Below, piece by piece: positions 9,220-19,158 of a stretch of 64,000 nt of DNA. Below the pieces are notes generated by a model that saw nothing but the letters and a program-made list of their open reading frames with translations, was not told where the DNA came from and made no database searches. The stretch's first letter is position 1; the number at the start of each line of letters is the position of its first letter. This DNA comes from an uncultured Methanoregulaceae archaeon (GTDB lineage Archaea > Halobacteriota > Methanomicrobia > Methanomicrobiales > Methanospirillaceae): the NCBI GenBank assembly GCA_963705255.1, contig OY970061.1, positions 1,472,001-1,536,000 on the forward strand, written 5' to 3'. The position numbers were made by a program, and so were the translations under genes.

Positions 9220-11523
9220 TTATTTCGTGTTTTGAACTTTAAGGAATTCTGATAGGCAAATTTTTTCAGATTCTTTTAATTCGGGTGTGTTTAGAACAGT
9301 CTCAATTCTCTTTCGGAATTCGTCTTCAGATTTAATAGGTTCTAATGAATAGGGGGTAATTGGAGAAAGATATTTGTTTTCGCGTGATGAACGAATAATT
9401 TCAATAATTATTCTATTATCCATCCACATTTTCTCTATTATTTCAATCAAATTTGGATCGTTTTGATTCAAATTATTCCAAACAAAGATTATTATACTCA
9501 AATACGGCGATGAAAAATTTTTTAGATCCGTTAAAAAAGAATTTCGAACATTTCGTAAGAAAATTTCTTCAATTCCTTTCAATTCCGTCAAATCAAGAAA
9601 AATGTTTTTCGGAAGAACATCTAGTGGAGTAGGATTACGTTCATATTCTTCCATTTCTAATAGTGTAAGTTCCGTAAAAAAATCAGGCAACAGTAGTCCG
9701 GTATCTAACTGAGCATCTTTCCACTGCCAACCTTCTTCTTTATTTTGTTGCCGGATTACAAAAATTGATATTGCTTCTAAGGGAAATGAAGTTCCTTGTA
9801 AAAACGCATTTTTAAGTAATTCCGGTCTTTTTTCTTTGGGGAATAGAGATAATGCTCTAAAGAGTATTGTTATGATATAATCAAAAATATTTTTTCTGAT
9901 ATTAGGTTGGGAGAATGATAGATTTTTATTACTTAAAACTTCATTTTTTATTTTGAAGATTCCAGATATGAGGTTTTCGAGAGATGTTTGTGGTGTTTCA
10001 GTATCAATTAATGGAAGAACATTCTCAAAGAATAGAAGGGCTTTAGATCCTGCTTGGCTGGATCTTTCACTTAATCGTGTTATAAATTCTGCAAATTTAT
10101 CAGGGTTATCGATACTGTTTAAAATGTTACTTAGTTCTGTATTTGAGAAAAGATCTGGCTCAGTCTGGAGTTTAAAATATTTGAGAAACGTATCGTAATT
10201 ATAACTAATGTTTAATATTTTTGGAGTTCGAACGGTATATATATTAGATTTTGTAAAAAAATGCTGGATATATGGAGAAATTTCTGGAAAAAGAGATGCT
10301 ATAATTATCGCAACTGCTTTCCGATCTTCTTGAATTATATTCGAATTTATCCAATCCGCATGTATTTTTGTTAAAAATTCAGAACTTTGATCTCTATTAA
10401 ACCATAAACTCTCTACAGAGGCGTCTAGGATGAAAAATCTATGATTGTCCTTTATATGGTTATATAATTCGGGGTAATTTTGTCTAAGAATTAAAATACC
10501 AATAAAATCAATAATATTAACTTCATTTTTTACAGAGGGATAAAGAATTAATAATGCATTATTGAGTCGTATTACATTCCGAGGAGTCCTAAGAAAATGG
10601 CGCAATCCATTATGATAAATATCAGTCCATCGTGTGGATTCAATTAAATTATCCTCAAATTTTTCATCAAAAATAATTTTTTCGGTGTAATCTTTTAATA
10701 GATTTTCTCCGATCATTGGTAAGGGAATGGTAAATTGGACAATTTTTTCAAGATATTTTAGACCAGCTCTTGAGTTATTCTGGCTTGAATTATTGAATTC
10801 ACATTTGAGAGCATCGATGACAATTTCATCGTCATAAGCAAGTAAATAAATTATATTTGGAAAATCTGCGATTGCTTTAATTGCTCTGAATAATTCCCTA
10901 ATTTCGTCAGATGTGAGACGATCGATATCATCGATAACGATAACAATTTTTTCATTCAATTCTTTCAATTCTTCAATTATTTCAGGTTTGATTTCAAAAA
11001 TGGATTTTACTGCATTTTCTATCTTTGATTCAATTATTTTATTAATTCCAGTAAATGCCCATCCTGATATTTGTCCTTCCAATGTCGGCACTTTTTTTAA
11101 GTGCGATCCATATGTAAAAAAATGATTTAATACTTTCAATGTTTTCGCAGAAAATTTTGATGCACAAATATTTGTCTGAGCTTTAAGTTGCGTGAAAAAT
11201 TGAGAGACAATATCCTGATGACCGGAAAAAAGCCAAGGATCAAAATTAAAAACAATTGTCTCTTGATCATTCAAAGGGGCGACCAAGTCTTGGCGATAGT
11301 TAGTAAGATATTCTTTTGTATAAAAAAGAAAAGACGATTTTCCGCTTCCCCATTTTCCGTTTATGGCGATTACATAGCCCGATTGGGGATCTAAACGAAT
11401 TATATTGGATGCAAGTTCTTTGGCAACTGGTTTATATCCAAAGTAATCTATTCTAAAATCATGAACTGATGATTCATTTACACAATATTGAGAGAAATGC
11501 GAATTATCATTTTTTTCATCCAT
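9220..11523 (-). CDS. KAP family P-loop NTPase
   Basis: D.FG..P, Walker A GKWGSGKS, FNFDPW, Walker B IVIDDIDRL, YLEKIVQ, TPRNVIRL.N; strongly AT-rich relative to its flanks. Confidence 0.9.
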   Translation of the reverse strand: MDEKNDNSHFSQYCVNESSVHDFRIDYFGYKPVAKELASNIIRLDPQSGYVIAINGKWGSGKSSFLFYTKEYLTNYRQDLVAPLNDQETIVFNFDPWLFSGHQDIVSQFFTQLKAQTNICASKFSAKTLKVLNHFFTYGSHLKKVPTLEGQISGWAFTGINKIIESKIENAVKSIFEIKPEIIEELKELNEKIVIVIDDIDRLTSDEIRELFRAIKAIADFPNIIYLLAYDDEIVIDALKCEFNNSSQNNSRAGLKYLEKIVQFTIPLPMIGENLLKDYTEKIIFDEKFEDNLIESTRWTDIYHNGLRHFLRTPRNVIRLNNALLILYPSVKNEVNIIDFIGILILRQNYPELYNHIKDNHRFFILDASVESLWFNRDQSSEFLTKIHADWINSNIIQEDRKAVAIIIASLFPEISPYIQHFFTKSNIYTVRTPKILNISYNYDTFLKYFKLQTEPDLFSNTELSNILNSIDNPDKFAEFITRLSERSSQAGSKALLFFENVLPLIDTETPQTSLENLISGIFKIKNEVLSNKNLSFSQPNIRKNIFDYIITILFRALSLFPKEKRPELLKNAFLQGTSFPLEAISIFVIRQQNKEEGWQWKDAQLDTGLLLPDFFTELTLLEMEEYERNPTPLDVLPKNIFLDLTELKGIEEIFLRNVRNSFLTDLKNFSSPYLSIIIFVWNNLNQNDPNLIEIIEKMWMDNRIIIEIIRSSRENKYLSPITPYSLEPIKSEDEFRKRIETVLNTPELKESEKICLSEFLKVQNTK

Positions 11524-11536
11524 GTTCGTGCCTTTT

Positions 11537-12353
11537 CTAATATTTCAATTCGTCTATCATCAGATTTTTCGGGAATTTTTTTCTCTCTGCCCAGAAGTTA
11601 TACAATAAATAGAGAGGAAATGCAGGAACAAAAAGCAAAATTAAAGAACTCATGTCTCCTCTTGCAATCCCGGTTGTAATAGTTACAATTATTGCATAGA
11701 TTAGTGCTAAAATAAATAAAGCGATAATTAATAGAAACATAATCGCTCCCAGACCCCGCAAACAAAGCCAATATTGGATTTTTAATTTTGATGGGCTCTT
11801 CTTTTCGAGCTGCTCTTTTTATGATACCCCAATCGGAAATACCTTTAGGTAATCCCTTAATCGTGCCCTTCATTTTAGGAATGATTTCTTCGCCAGTGTG
11901 GTAAATCTCGAATACTGCACCATCATTTGGATCTAAATAATCGAAAGAAAAAATGACCTCATTTGGATTTATTGGATTAATATAAGCATTAGATATATTT
12001 TCGGATCGCGTTGCTTTTAATGTCGTTACTCGCATAACCCGTGCATCTTTACCATATTCGGCTCGTAAAGGATTGGTATCAATAATATTTTTTCCATCAA
12101 AAGTTGTATATCCTGAATTCCAAATAATAATAAGATTTTTTACTAATCTTTCAACAGGCGTATTTCCAAAATAAATTTTAACATCGTCAGGAATTACTCG
12201 CTCATCTTTTCCAATAATTTTGAAAGCTTTGGTTTGATATACAAGTCGTGGACCTACCCTTGATTGCCGGTAAAGATACACGCCGACGCTTATACCTATA
12301 ATTCCAATCAAGGAGCCGATCCAATTTTGATTAAGAATTTCAAATATTCCCAT
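11537..12353 (-). CDS. Hypothetical membrane protein (low GC), probable frameshift near 11760
   Basis: N-terminal TM plus soluble domain (ORF 11598..12353); a two-TM C-terminus is encoded in the adjacent frame (11537..11761), ending 13 bp before the KAP start. Confidence 0.65.
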
Positions 12354-12564
12354 TGTCGCCTATCATTTTAAAATTAAATTGATTTAATATTTCATTTACT
12401 TTTTCATTCATGTAATCGCACCGATCGTATCTGGTCTATTGCCAGATATACCATTTTTAACCCTTCTCGCGGATCCGGGAGATCACCTTTATCTCCCTTC
12501 CCGTCAAATTTAACAGACCCAAGCTAGGTGCCCTTCATAGAAGGGACGGCATGGTGCAAAGACT

Positions 12565-13041
12565 ATGGCAGAAGTGGTCGAGGTTTTAGTACCCGGCGGA
12601 AAGGCTACAGCAGGTCCACCCCTTGGACCGTCGCTCGGACCACTCGGTATCAACGTGAAGGCAGTAGTCGATGAGATCAACAAGAAGACCGCCTCATTCA
12701 ACGGAATGCAGGTCCCGGTCAGGATCGAAGTCGACGCCAAGAAGGCGTTCACGGTCACGGTGGGTATCCCCCCGACGACAGCCCTCATCAAGAAAGAGGC
12801 TGGTATCGAGAAAGGTTCCGCAGAGCCCAACGTCAAAGTGGCAGGCAACCTGCCATTCGAGGCCGCTGTCAGGATTGCCAACATGAAACTCGAAGGCATG
12901 CTCTCCTACGAGCTGAAGACTGCCGTAAAGGAAGTCGTCGGCACGTGCGTCAGCATGGGAGTTACCATTGACGGCAAGAAGGCAAAAGATGTCTTCGCCC
13001 TCATCAATGAAGGCAAGTACGACAGCGTACTCGTGAAATAA
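12565..13041 (+). CDS. rpl11: 50S ribosomal protein L11
   Basis: GGKATAGPPLGPSLGPLG; KEVVGTCVSMG. Confidence 0.98.
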   Translation: MAEVVEVLVPGGKATAGPPLGPSLGPLGINVKAVVDEINKKTASFNGMQVPVRIEVDAKKAFTVTVGIPPTTALIKKEAGIEKGSAEPNVKVAGNLPFEAAVRIANMKLEGMLSYELKTAVKEVVGTCVSMGVTIDGKKAKDVFALINEGKYDSVLVK

Positions 13042-13052
13042 GAGTGAGAAAA

Positions 13053-13092
13053 CCATAGGAGATCGGGTATAGGTCCGGTCGCAGAACTATGG
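13053..13092 (+). promoter_or_regulatory. Putative L1-binding autoregulatory mRNA hairpin
   Basis: Stem CCATAG/CTATGG and inner stem (G)ATCGGG/TCCGGT(C), separated by purine-rich asymmetric loops; the 3' arm overlaps the GGAGG SD of rpl1. Confidence 0.6.
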
Positions 13093-13101
13093 AGGAACCT
13101 G

Positions 13102-13746
13102 ATGGTTGATAGGACCAGAATTTTGGAAGCCGTAAAAACGGCGATTGAGAAGGCGCCTAAGCGTAAGTTCTCTGAGAGCATCGATATTACCATCAATCTC
13201 AAGAATATCGACATGGCGCAGCCGAAGAATCGTATCGACGAGACGATAATGCTCCCCCACGGTACCGGCGAGAAGATCGGTATCTGTGTCATCGGGAAAG
13301 GCGATATCGTCACGCAGGCAAAGGATGCCAAAGTCGACCTGATCATCGGCCCTGAAGAAGTTGAGCGGCTCGGCGGTGCACCCCGCGAAGCACGGAAAGT
13401 TGCCAGTCAGTACCGGTACTTCCTTGCAGAGACGGCGGTCATGCCCGGTGTCGGTCGGTACTCAGGTCCGCGGCTCGGTCCGCGGGGCAGGATGCCGATG
13501 CCGATCTCCGGAGGGCAGGATATCCGCCCGATCGTCGAGCGCCTGCGCAACTCGGTGAAGATCCGTACCAAGGACAAGACGGTCTTCTCCACCAAGGTCG
13601 GAACAACGGCGATGAAGCCGGAGCAGGTAGCCGAGAACATCGAGACGATCGTCAAGAGGATCGAGTCTGTCCTTGAACAGGGTCACCTGAACGTCCGATC
13701 CGTCTTTGTCAAGACCACGATGGGTCCCGCAGTGAGGCTGGAATAA
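13102..13746 (+). CDS. rpl1: 50S ribosomal protein L1
   Basis: RKFSESIDITINLK, LGPRGRMP, VKTTMGP. Confidence 0.98.
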   Translation: MVDRTRILEAVKTAIEKAPKRKFSESIDITINLKNIDMAQPKNRIDETIMLPHGTGEKIGICVIGKGDIVTQAKDAKVDLIIGPEEVERLGGAPREARKVASQYRYFLAETAVMPGVGRYSGPRLGPRGRMPMPISGGQDIRPIVERLRNSVKIRTKDKTVFSTKVGTTAMKPEQVAENIETIVKRIESVLEQGHLNVRSVFVKTTMGPAVRLE

Positions 13747-14594
13747 TGGCGTTATACACCCACCACCTTCCCGCGTGGAAGAAGGACGAGGTCGCTGACA
13801 TCAAGAAGAACGCGAAGCAGTACAAGCTGATCGGGCTTGTCGACATGTACGGCATCCCGGCGCAGCAGGTGCAGCAGATCCGCAGGAACCTGCGGGGCAA
13901 GGCTGTCATCAAGGTGACGAGGAACACCCTGATCAAACACGCGTTCGAGGAGATCGGAGGGGACGTCAAGAACCTCTCGAAGTTCATCTCCGGTCACTCT
14001 GCGATCATCTTCACCAACGACAACCCGTTCAAGCTCTACAAGCAGCTGGAAAAGACCAAGACCAAGATGGCGGCAAAGCCCGGAGAGAAAGCGCCGGAGG
14101 ACATCGTCGTCCCGGGCGGTCCGACCAGTTTCAAGCCGGGCCCGATCGTCGGTGAGCTCCAGCAGGCCGGCATCCCCGCGGCTATTGAGAGCGGCAAGGT
14201 CAAGATCAAAGAGACCAGGACGGTCGTCAAGAAAGGCGGTGTCATCTCGGCAAAACTTGCCGCGGTGCTCGTCAAGCTCGACATCAAGCCCATGGACGTG
14301 GGGCTTGCCCTCCAGGCAGCCTTCCACGACGGCAGCATTTACGAGCCGTCCGTGCTCGCAGTCGATGAGACCGTCATCCTCGGACAGATCCAGCTCGCAG
14401 CCAGGCAGGCTATGAGCCTCTCGGTTGAAGCAGCGATCCCGACGAAGGACTCGATAGATGCGATCCTGATCAAGGCGGTCAGGGATGCACGCGGTCTTGC
14501 TATCGAGGCGAGCGTTTACGAGAAAGACGTTGTCGATGCGATTATCGGTAAAGCGTACAGAGAAGGCCAGGTCCTCAAGACCCTGGTAAAATAA
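13746..14594 (+). CDS. rpl10: 50S ribosomal protein L10 (P0)
   Basis: [22 protein letters not shown]; operon position. Confidence 0.97.
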   Translation: MALYTHHLPAWKKDEVADIKKNAKQYKLIGLVDMYGIPAQQVQQIRRNLRGKAVIKVTRNTLIKHAFEEIGGDVKNLSKFISGHSAIIFTNDNPFKLYKQLEKTKTKMAAKPGEKAPEDIVVPGGPTSFKPGPIVGELQQAGIPAAIESGKVKIKETRTVVKKGGVISAKLAAVLVKLDIKPMDVGLALQAAFHDGSIYEPSVLAVDETVILGQIQLAARQAMSLSVEAAIPTKDSIDAILIKAVRDARGLAIEASVYEKDVVDAIIGKAYREGQVLKTLVK

Positions 14595-14620
14595 ATTTTG
14601 ATAGAGTTGAGGTGAATCAC

Positions 14621-14938
14621 ATGGAGTATATCTATGCAGCACTTCTCCTGCACAAGGCAGGCAAGAAGGTAGACGAGAACGGCGTCAAGGCAGTCCTGAC
14701 CGCCGCAGGTGTAGCAGCAGACGAGTCACGGATCAAGGCACTCATTGCCGCCCTCGATGGCGTCAACATCGAGGAAGCCATCAGCAAGGCAGCCGCAGCA
14801 CCGGTCGCCGTTGCAGCTGTAGCGGCACCCGCAGCAGCAGGCCATGCAGCAGCACCCGCCAAGGAAGAGCACAAGGAAGAGCACAAGAAGGAAGATGAAG
14901 AGAGCGGCATGGCAGGGCTCGGTGCCCTGTTCGGCTAA
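14621..14938 (+). CDS. rpl12: 50S ribosomal protein P1/L12
   Basis: [11 protein letters not shown], Ala hinge, acidic tail ending GLGALFG; GAGGTGA RBS. Confidence 0.98.
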   Translation: MEYIYAALLLHKAGKKVDENGVKAVLTAAGVAADESRIKALIAALDGVNIEEAISKAAAAPVAVAAVAAPAAAGHAAAPAKEEHKEEHKKEDEESGMAGLGALFG

Positions 14939-14946
14939 ATCCGAGA

Positions 14947-15240
14947 GGTTCATCAGAGCCTCGAGGATGAGAAGATTTCCGCAGGAAATCTTCGAAATCT
15001 TTTTCCCTTCCCAGAAGGTTCAGTCTGAATCTGATATCTGAGAAAATTTCGTCAGAATTCTTTGAAATCCGAGTGGTTCATCAGAACCGCGAGGAAGAGA
15101 AGATTTGCACAGCAAATCTTCGAATTTCGGCCGATTCATCAGAACCCGAGAGACGGGAAGAACCCGTCAGAGTTCTTTGACTGAGAACAGGTTGCGAAGT
15201 GACCTGTGAGTGGAGAAGAATTCATGAGAATTCTTCGACT
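14947..15240. repeat. Array of five ~60-bp imperfect palindrome-bearing units
   Basis: Each unit ends in a GAAGAWTT..AAWTCTTC-type dyad (e.g. GAAGATTTCC-GCA-GGAAATCTTC); three units begin TTCATCAGA. Confidence 0.8.
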
Positions 15241-15616
15241 TCCACCATATACCCGGATTGTAATTGGTTGAAATTTGTTTTTCGATCTGTTTTAATTCTG
15301 GCATAGTAGTGGATTGAGGCATCTCAATTTGCGGATAATCAAGGACATTTCATTCAACATGTTAAACTGTCTTCGACGGTTCGTAATTAAAATCCAACAA
15401 ACGGACCCGAACCGGTCCCGGTGTCTGGAGGGATTATAACGGCATTAAAAATTTCAAAGAGGTTGTAATATATTGTTTCGCTTTTTTATTTTACTCATAG
15501 TCAACCGGTAAAGATTGCATCATATCTTCTGGAACGATCCAGGGACTCCAAACAGGAGATAGGGATTTTCCCCCCAGAAGAAACTGCATTGAAGACCGGC
15601 AGACTGACGGGAGGTA

Positions 15617-15814
15617 ATGAGAAAAACCATGTCTCATAAGACCACTTTGCTCATCAACCCGGATTCCGGAGAATTGCAGTGTAAGATCTGTGGAACCATA
15701 TTTTATTCTCCGGTAAAGCCGGTTGTCGGCGAAGTATACTACCATACTGAGTTCAGCTGCCCGAACGGGTGCAACGCCGGCCCGGATCTGGATCTCTCGC
15801 ACGAGTGCAGATAG
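15617..15814 (+). CDS. Small Cys-rich (zinc-ribbon-like) protein
   Basis: 65 aa with CKIC..CPNGC; GGAGGT immediately upstream. Confidence 0.55.
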   Translation: MRKTMSHKTTLLINPDSGELQCKICGTIFYSPVKPVVGEVYYHTEFSCPNGCNAGPDLDLSHECR

Positions 15815-15829
15815 CGATGCCCGGAAGGA

Positions 15830-16159
15830 GTGGAAGGCACCGTCACCTGCCGCTTCATGCCGCCCATGGCAGACCTCTTTCGTGGCCCACATACCGGATG
15901 GCGGATAACGTTTCCTTCGGTTGCATTAATCGGGGAATGTCTTACTCCACAATCCATGGCCCGCGCCTGCAGAGCAACCGGGGTCGCCCTGGCGGCGGGG
16001 ACTGAATCGTCCATCCAGCGAGGATTAACTGGGGAAGATCTTCGTCGGAAAATCCTGGATCGCAGAGTCCGCGGGAGCATCACCCGACACCATCTTACCT
16101 CCTTCAGTGAAGTGGACCCGCATGGAACCATCGCCACGCATATATACTCCGGCAGATAA
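15830..16159 (+). CDS. Hypothetical protein
   Basis: GTG-start ORF that fills the gap between co-directional genes; no recognised motif. Confidence 0.35.
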   Translation: MEGTVTCRFMPPMADLFRGPHTGWRITFPSVALIGECLTPQSMARACRATGVALAAGTESSIQRGLTGEDLRRKILDRRVRGSITRHHLTSFSEVDPHGTIATHIYSGR

Positions 16160-16200
16160 CCGCTTGCCCATCGGATAGACTGTTTCAGGAGAAATCAAAA

Positions 16201-17028
16201 ATGGATTCATTCACCCTCATGATTGTTGCAGTAATTTTGATTGTCGTTGTCGTGCTCGCTGCGTTAAGCATCAGGATTGTCAAACAATGGGAACGGATCG
16301 TGGTATTATTTCTCGGAAAATTCATCGGGATACGGGGGCCCGGATTGATCGTCCTTATCCCGTTCCTCAATACCGTCCCGTACATCATCGACCTCCGGGT
16401 GATCACGACCTCGTTCAACGCTGAGCAGACCCTCACCAAGGATACCGTGCCGGTGAATGTGGACGCGGTGCTCTTCTGGCAGGTTTACGATGTGGAAAAA
16501 GCAGCGCTCCAGGTGAAAGAATACCGCGAATCGGTGCTCCTCGCGGCCCAGACCGCCCTCAGGGATGTCATTGGGAAGACCGTACTCGCGGACATGCTCG
16601 CCGGGAGGGAGGCAATCGACCACGAACTCCAGAAAACAATCCAGAACAGGATCCAGGGGTGGGGGATCAACGTCTTGTCCGTGGAAATACGCGACGTCGT
16701 TATCCCGATCCAGCTGCAGAACGCGATGTCGATGCAGGCCCAGGCAGAGCGCGAACGCCAGGCACGGGTCATCCTCGGGGACTCAGAACGGCAGATTGCC
16801 AAGAGCTTTGAGGATGCTGCAAGAACATACGCGGATAACCCGACCGCCCTCCACCTCCGGGGCATGAACATGCTGTACGAAGGACTGAAGACCAATAATT
16901 CCGTCCTGATACTCGTCCCGTCATCCGTCCTCGATACGATGGGGCTGGGCGACACGACGGGGATGATAGCACTCTCCCAGACCCTGAAGAAGGCTAAAGG
17001 TGATGCCATGGAGAAAACGCCGGAATAA
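16201..17028 (+). CDS. SPFH/stomatin (slipin) family protein
   Basis: N-terminal TM, GPGL, LTKDTVPVNVDAV, AQTALRDVIG, QAERERQA. Confidence 0.93.
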   Translation: MDSFTLMIVAVILIVVVVLAALSIRIVKQWERIVVLFLGKFIGIRGPGLIVLIPFLNTVPYIIDLRVITTSFNAEQTLTKDTVPVNVDAVLFWQVYDVEKAALQVKEYRESVLLAAQTALRDVIGKTVLADMLAGREAIDHELQKTIQNRIQGWGINVLSVEIRDVVIPIQLQNAMSMQAQAERERQARVILGDSERQIAKSFEDAARTYADNPTALHLRGMNMLYEGLKTNNSVLILVPSSVLDTMGLGDTTGMIALSQTLKKAKGDAMEKTPE

Positions 17029-17314
17029 TCCGGCACCGTATAATGAGACACCAGAGATCGGGGGAGGACAAAGGTATCAGGAAAAATAGTCGTATCAGAC
17101 TTTGGTGCGGCTGACAGCTGCTTTGCCGGGCCGGACGGTGAAATAGAATGGATGTGAAGATCATCCGGAACTCCCCGGTATTAAAATTCAGGATACGCGA
17201 GACAGGAGAAAACGTTTTTAGAAAAATTAACTACCCTGTCGTTGCCCAATTCATAATCCTAGAAAGCACCGGTTCCTGTATGGGCGGAAAACGATTTTTT
17301 GGACCGGGAGGGAA

Positions 17315-18314
17315 TCAGACCGGCACGCCGACGTAGATGTTGTGCTTTGTTGCCACGATCTTCACCCGGACCTGCCCGGACTCCTTCGGGCAGTTGAAGA
17401 CGGAGACGACCCGGTCGCGGGCGACGCCCAGCATCTCGCCATGGATCCAGCCCGGCGCCCGGACCTCGACGGTCACCTTCTCTCCTTTTTTAAAAGCCAG
17501 CGGGACGAACGGTCGCCTGACCGTGCCGAAGTCTTTTTCCGCGTCGAGCCTGAGCCGCAGGCCGGACTCCTTCTCCCAGGTCTTCAGGCTCCGGTTGAAG
17601 AACTGCCACCCAGCTCTGGGCCTTCACCCCCTTCGGTGTCCGGCCGTACTTGTAGCGCTCGAACTTCTGGATCCCGAGCGGGGGGAAGCGTTTGCCAGCC
17701 CCGATCTCCTGCGCATACCGGATCAGTTTTGGGATCTCGGCATCATTGATCCCGGGGATGTAGACCGGGGCGATCAGGAGGTCGATCTCACTCCGGGCGA
17801 CCGCTTCTGCCGCCATTTTGAGTTTTTCGGTATCGAACCAGTCAACGCCCGCCAGTGTCTTCGCCATCTCAGGGTCAAGCGCATGGATCGAAAGGTTGAT
17901 CCGGTCGAGCCCCGCCGACTCAAGTGCCGCGATCTTCGCATCGTCCAGGAGCGTCCCGTTGGTCTGGAGCGAGATGACGCTCACGCAGTCGATCTGCCGG
18001 AGGGCCGCGACGAGTTCCGGGAGCTTGTGGTACATCAGCGGCTCGCCCGGAGAATCGATGTGGCACTCGACGCCGGCCCCCTTGAACCAGGCGATCTCCT
18101 CCACTGCTTCGAGCAGGTACTCTATCTCGACTTCGTAACTGGTCGCCCGGGTCCGCGTGGCCGGCCCTGCGTCCACGGAGCAGAACGGACAGTTCAGGTT
18201 GCAGCCGCAGCTCGGGCGCACCTGCAGGAGGCTCGTGCCGCGGTCAATGATGCCGAAGTAGAGCGAACCGACGAGAGGGATCCCGGACTCCCGGGTAATC
18301 CTGACGTGGCTCAT
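17315..18314 (-). CDS. Radical SAM protein with TRAM-like C-terminus, frameshift near 17610
   Basis: FGIIDRGT, CNLNCPFC, GEP, QTNG; the C-terminus continues in a shifted frame to ..KIVATKHNIYVGVPV*. Confidence 0.85.
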
Positions 18315-18340
18315 GCAAAAGGGCCGGGTCCTCTCCCCGG

Positions 18341-18763
18341 TCAGCCCCGGTCCGTGCGGAGCCGGTACCCGATCCACTCCCCGCGGCTGAGCTCCGGCTT
18401 CGGGTTCTCCAGGCGTTCAAAAACAAACTCGAAGGCGTCCTGGTCCACGACGCTCCTCCCGCTCTTTGTGCAGTACCGCACAAACGCCCCGTACATCTCC
18501 CCGAGTGGCACGCGGGCCCCGGGGTCGGGAACGAGGGCGTCCTCGTGGAACTTCCAGATGCCCTCGAACTCGATATCTTCGTCCATCAGCTGGCGGGTGA
18601 CCTGTTCGTCGACAGCTTCGATTGCGTCCTGCTCCCGGGAGACTGGTTCGAGGTCGCGGTAATAGTCCCGGACAAGGGTGAGGCCCTGCCGGAGGTCGTT
18701 GAGGCCCTGTTCGAGCTCCTTTATCTTCTTTTCCTGGTTGGTGATCTGGTCGGACGGCTCCAT
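18341..18763 (-). CDS. Hypothetical protein (coiled coil plus possible winged helix)
   Basis: 140-aa ORF with GGAG RBS and host-like codon usage. Confidence 0.7.
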   Translation of the reverse strand: MEPSDQITNQEKKIKELEQGLNDLRQGLTLVRDYYRDLEPVSREQDAIEAVDEQVTRQLMDEDIEFEGIWKFHEDALVPDPGARVPLGEMYGAFVRYCTKSGRSVVDQDAFEFVFERLENPKPELSRGEWIGYRLRTDRG

Positions 18764-18974
18764 TGCTCCTGATTCATGATTTTGTTTTTTGGATGATAAA
18801 GGAGTCGAATGAACGTCCGTTCATTAATTCCGGATATGATTCCTTGGTTACCGTGATTGGCCTATGTGTAGTTGCCTCAGGTATCGTTAGCGGCATTGAA
18901 TACCTCACAATAATTAATTTGTATTTTTATGGGGGCTGATGCCCCCATACCCCCGGTCACGATGGACGCCGCCG

Positions 18975-19133
18975 CCCCCGGCGGGGCGCCCCCGCGGCGG
19001 ATCAAGAACTATAAAAGTCCAACCTCCCTGCCCCGCCGTACTTGAAGAACCTGATGGTTCTTCTCGACTTCGTGGTTCTGATGAACCACTCAGTCCCCGG
19101 AGAGGCCCTGATGCGGGGAAGCCTCCCAAATAA
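18975..19133. repeat. Dispersed structured intergenic element, copy 1
   Basis: Reverse complement matches 50446-50620 in three blocks; contains a unit of the 14947-15240 family. Confidence 0.8.
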
Positions 19134-19158
19134 AGGGTTGTAATTGGAGACTTTCCCG

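Noticed and set aside
14947-15240. CRISPR array or simple terminator
   Set aside because: Repeats are degenerate, the intervening sequences are homologous to each other, and the family recurs elsewhere in both orientations.
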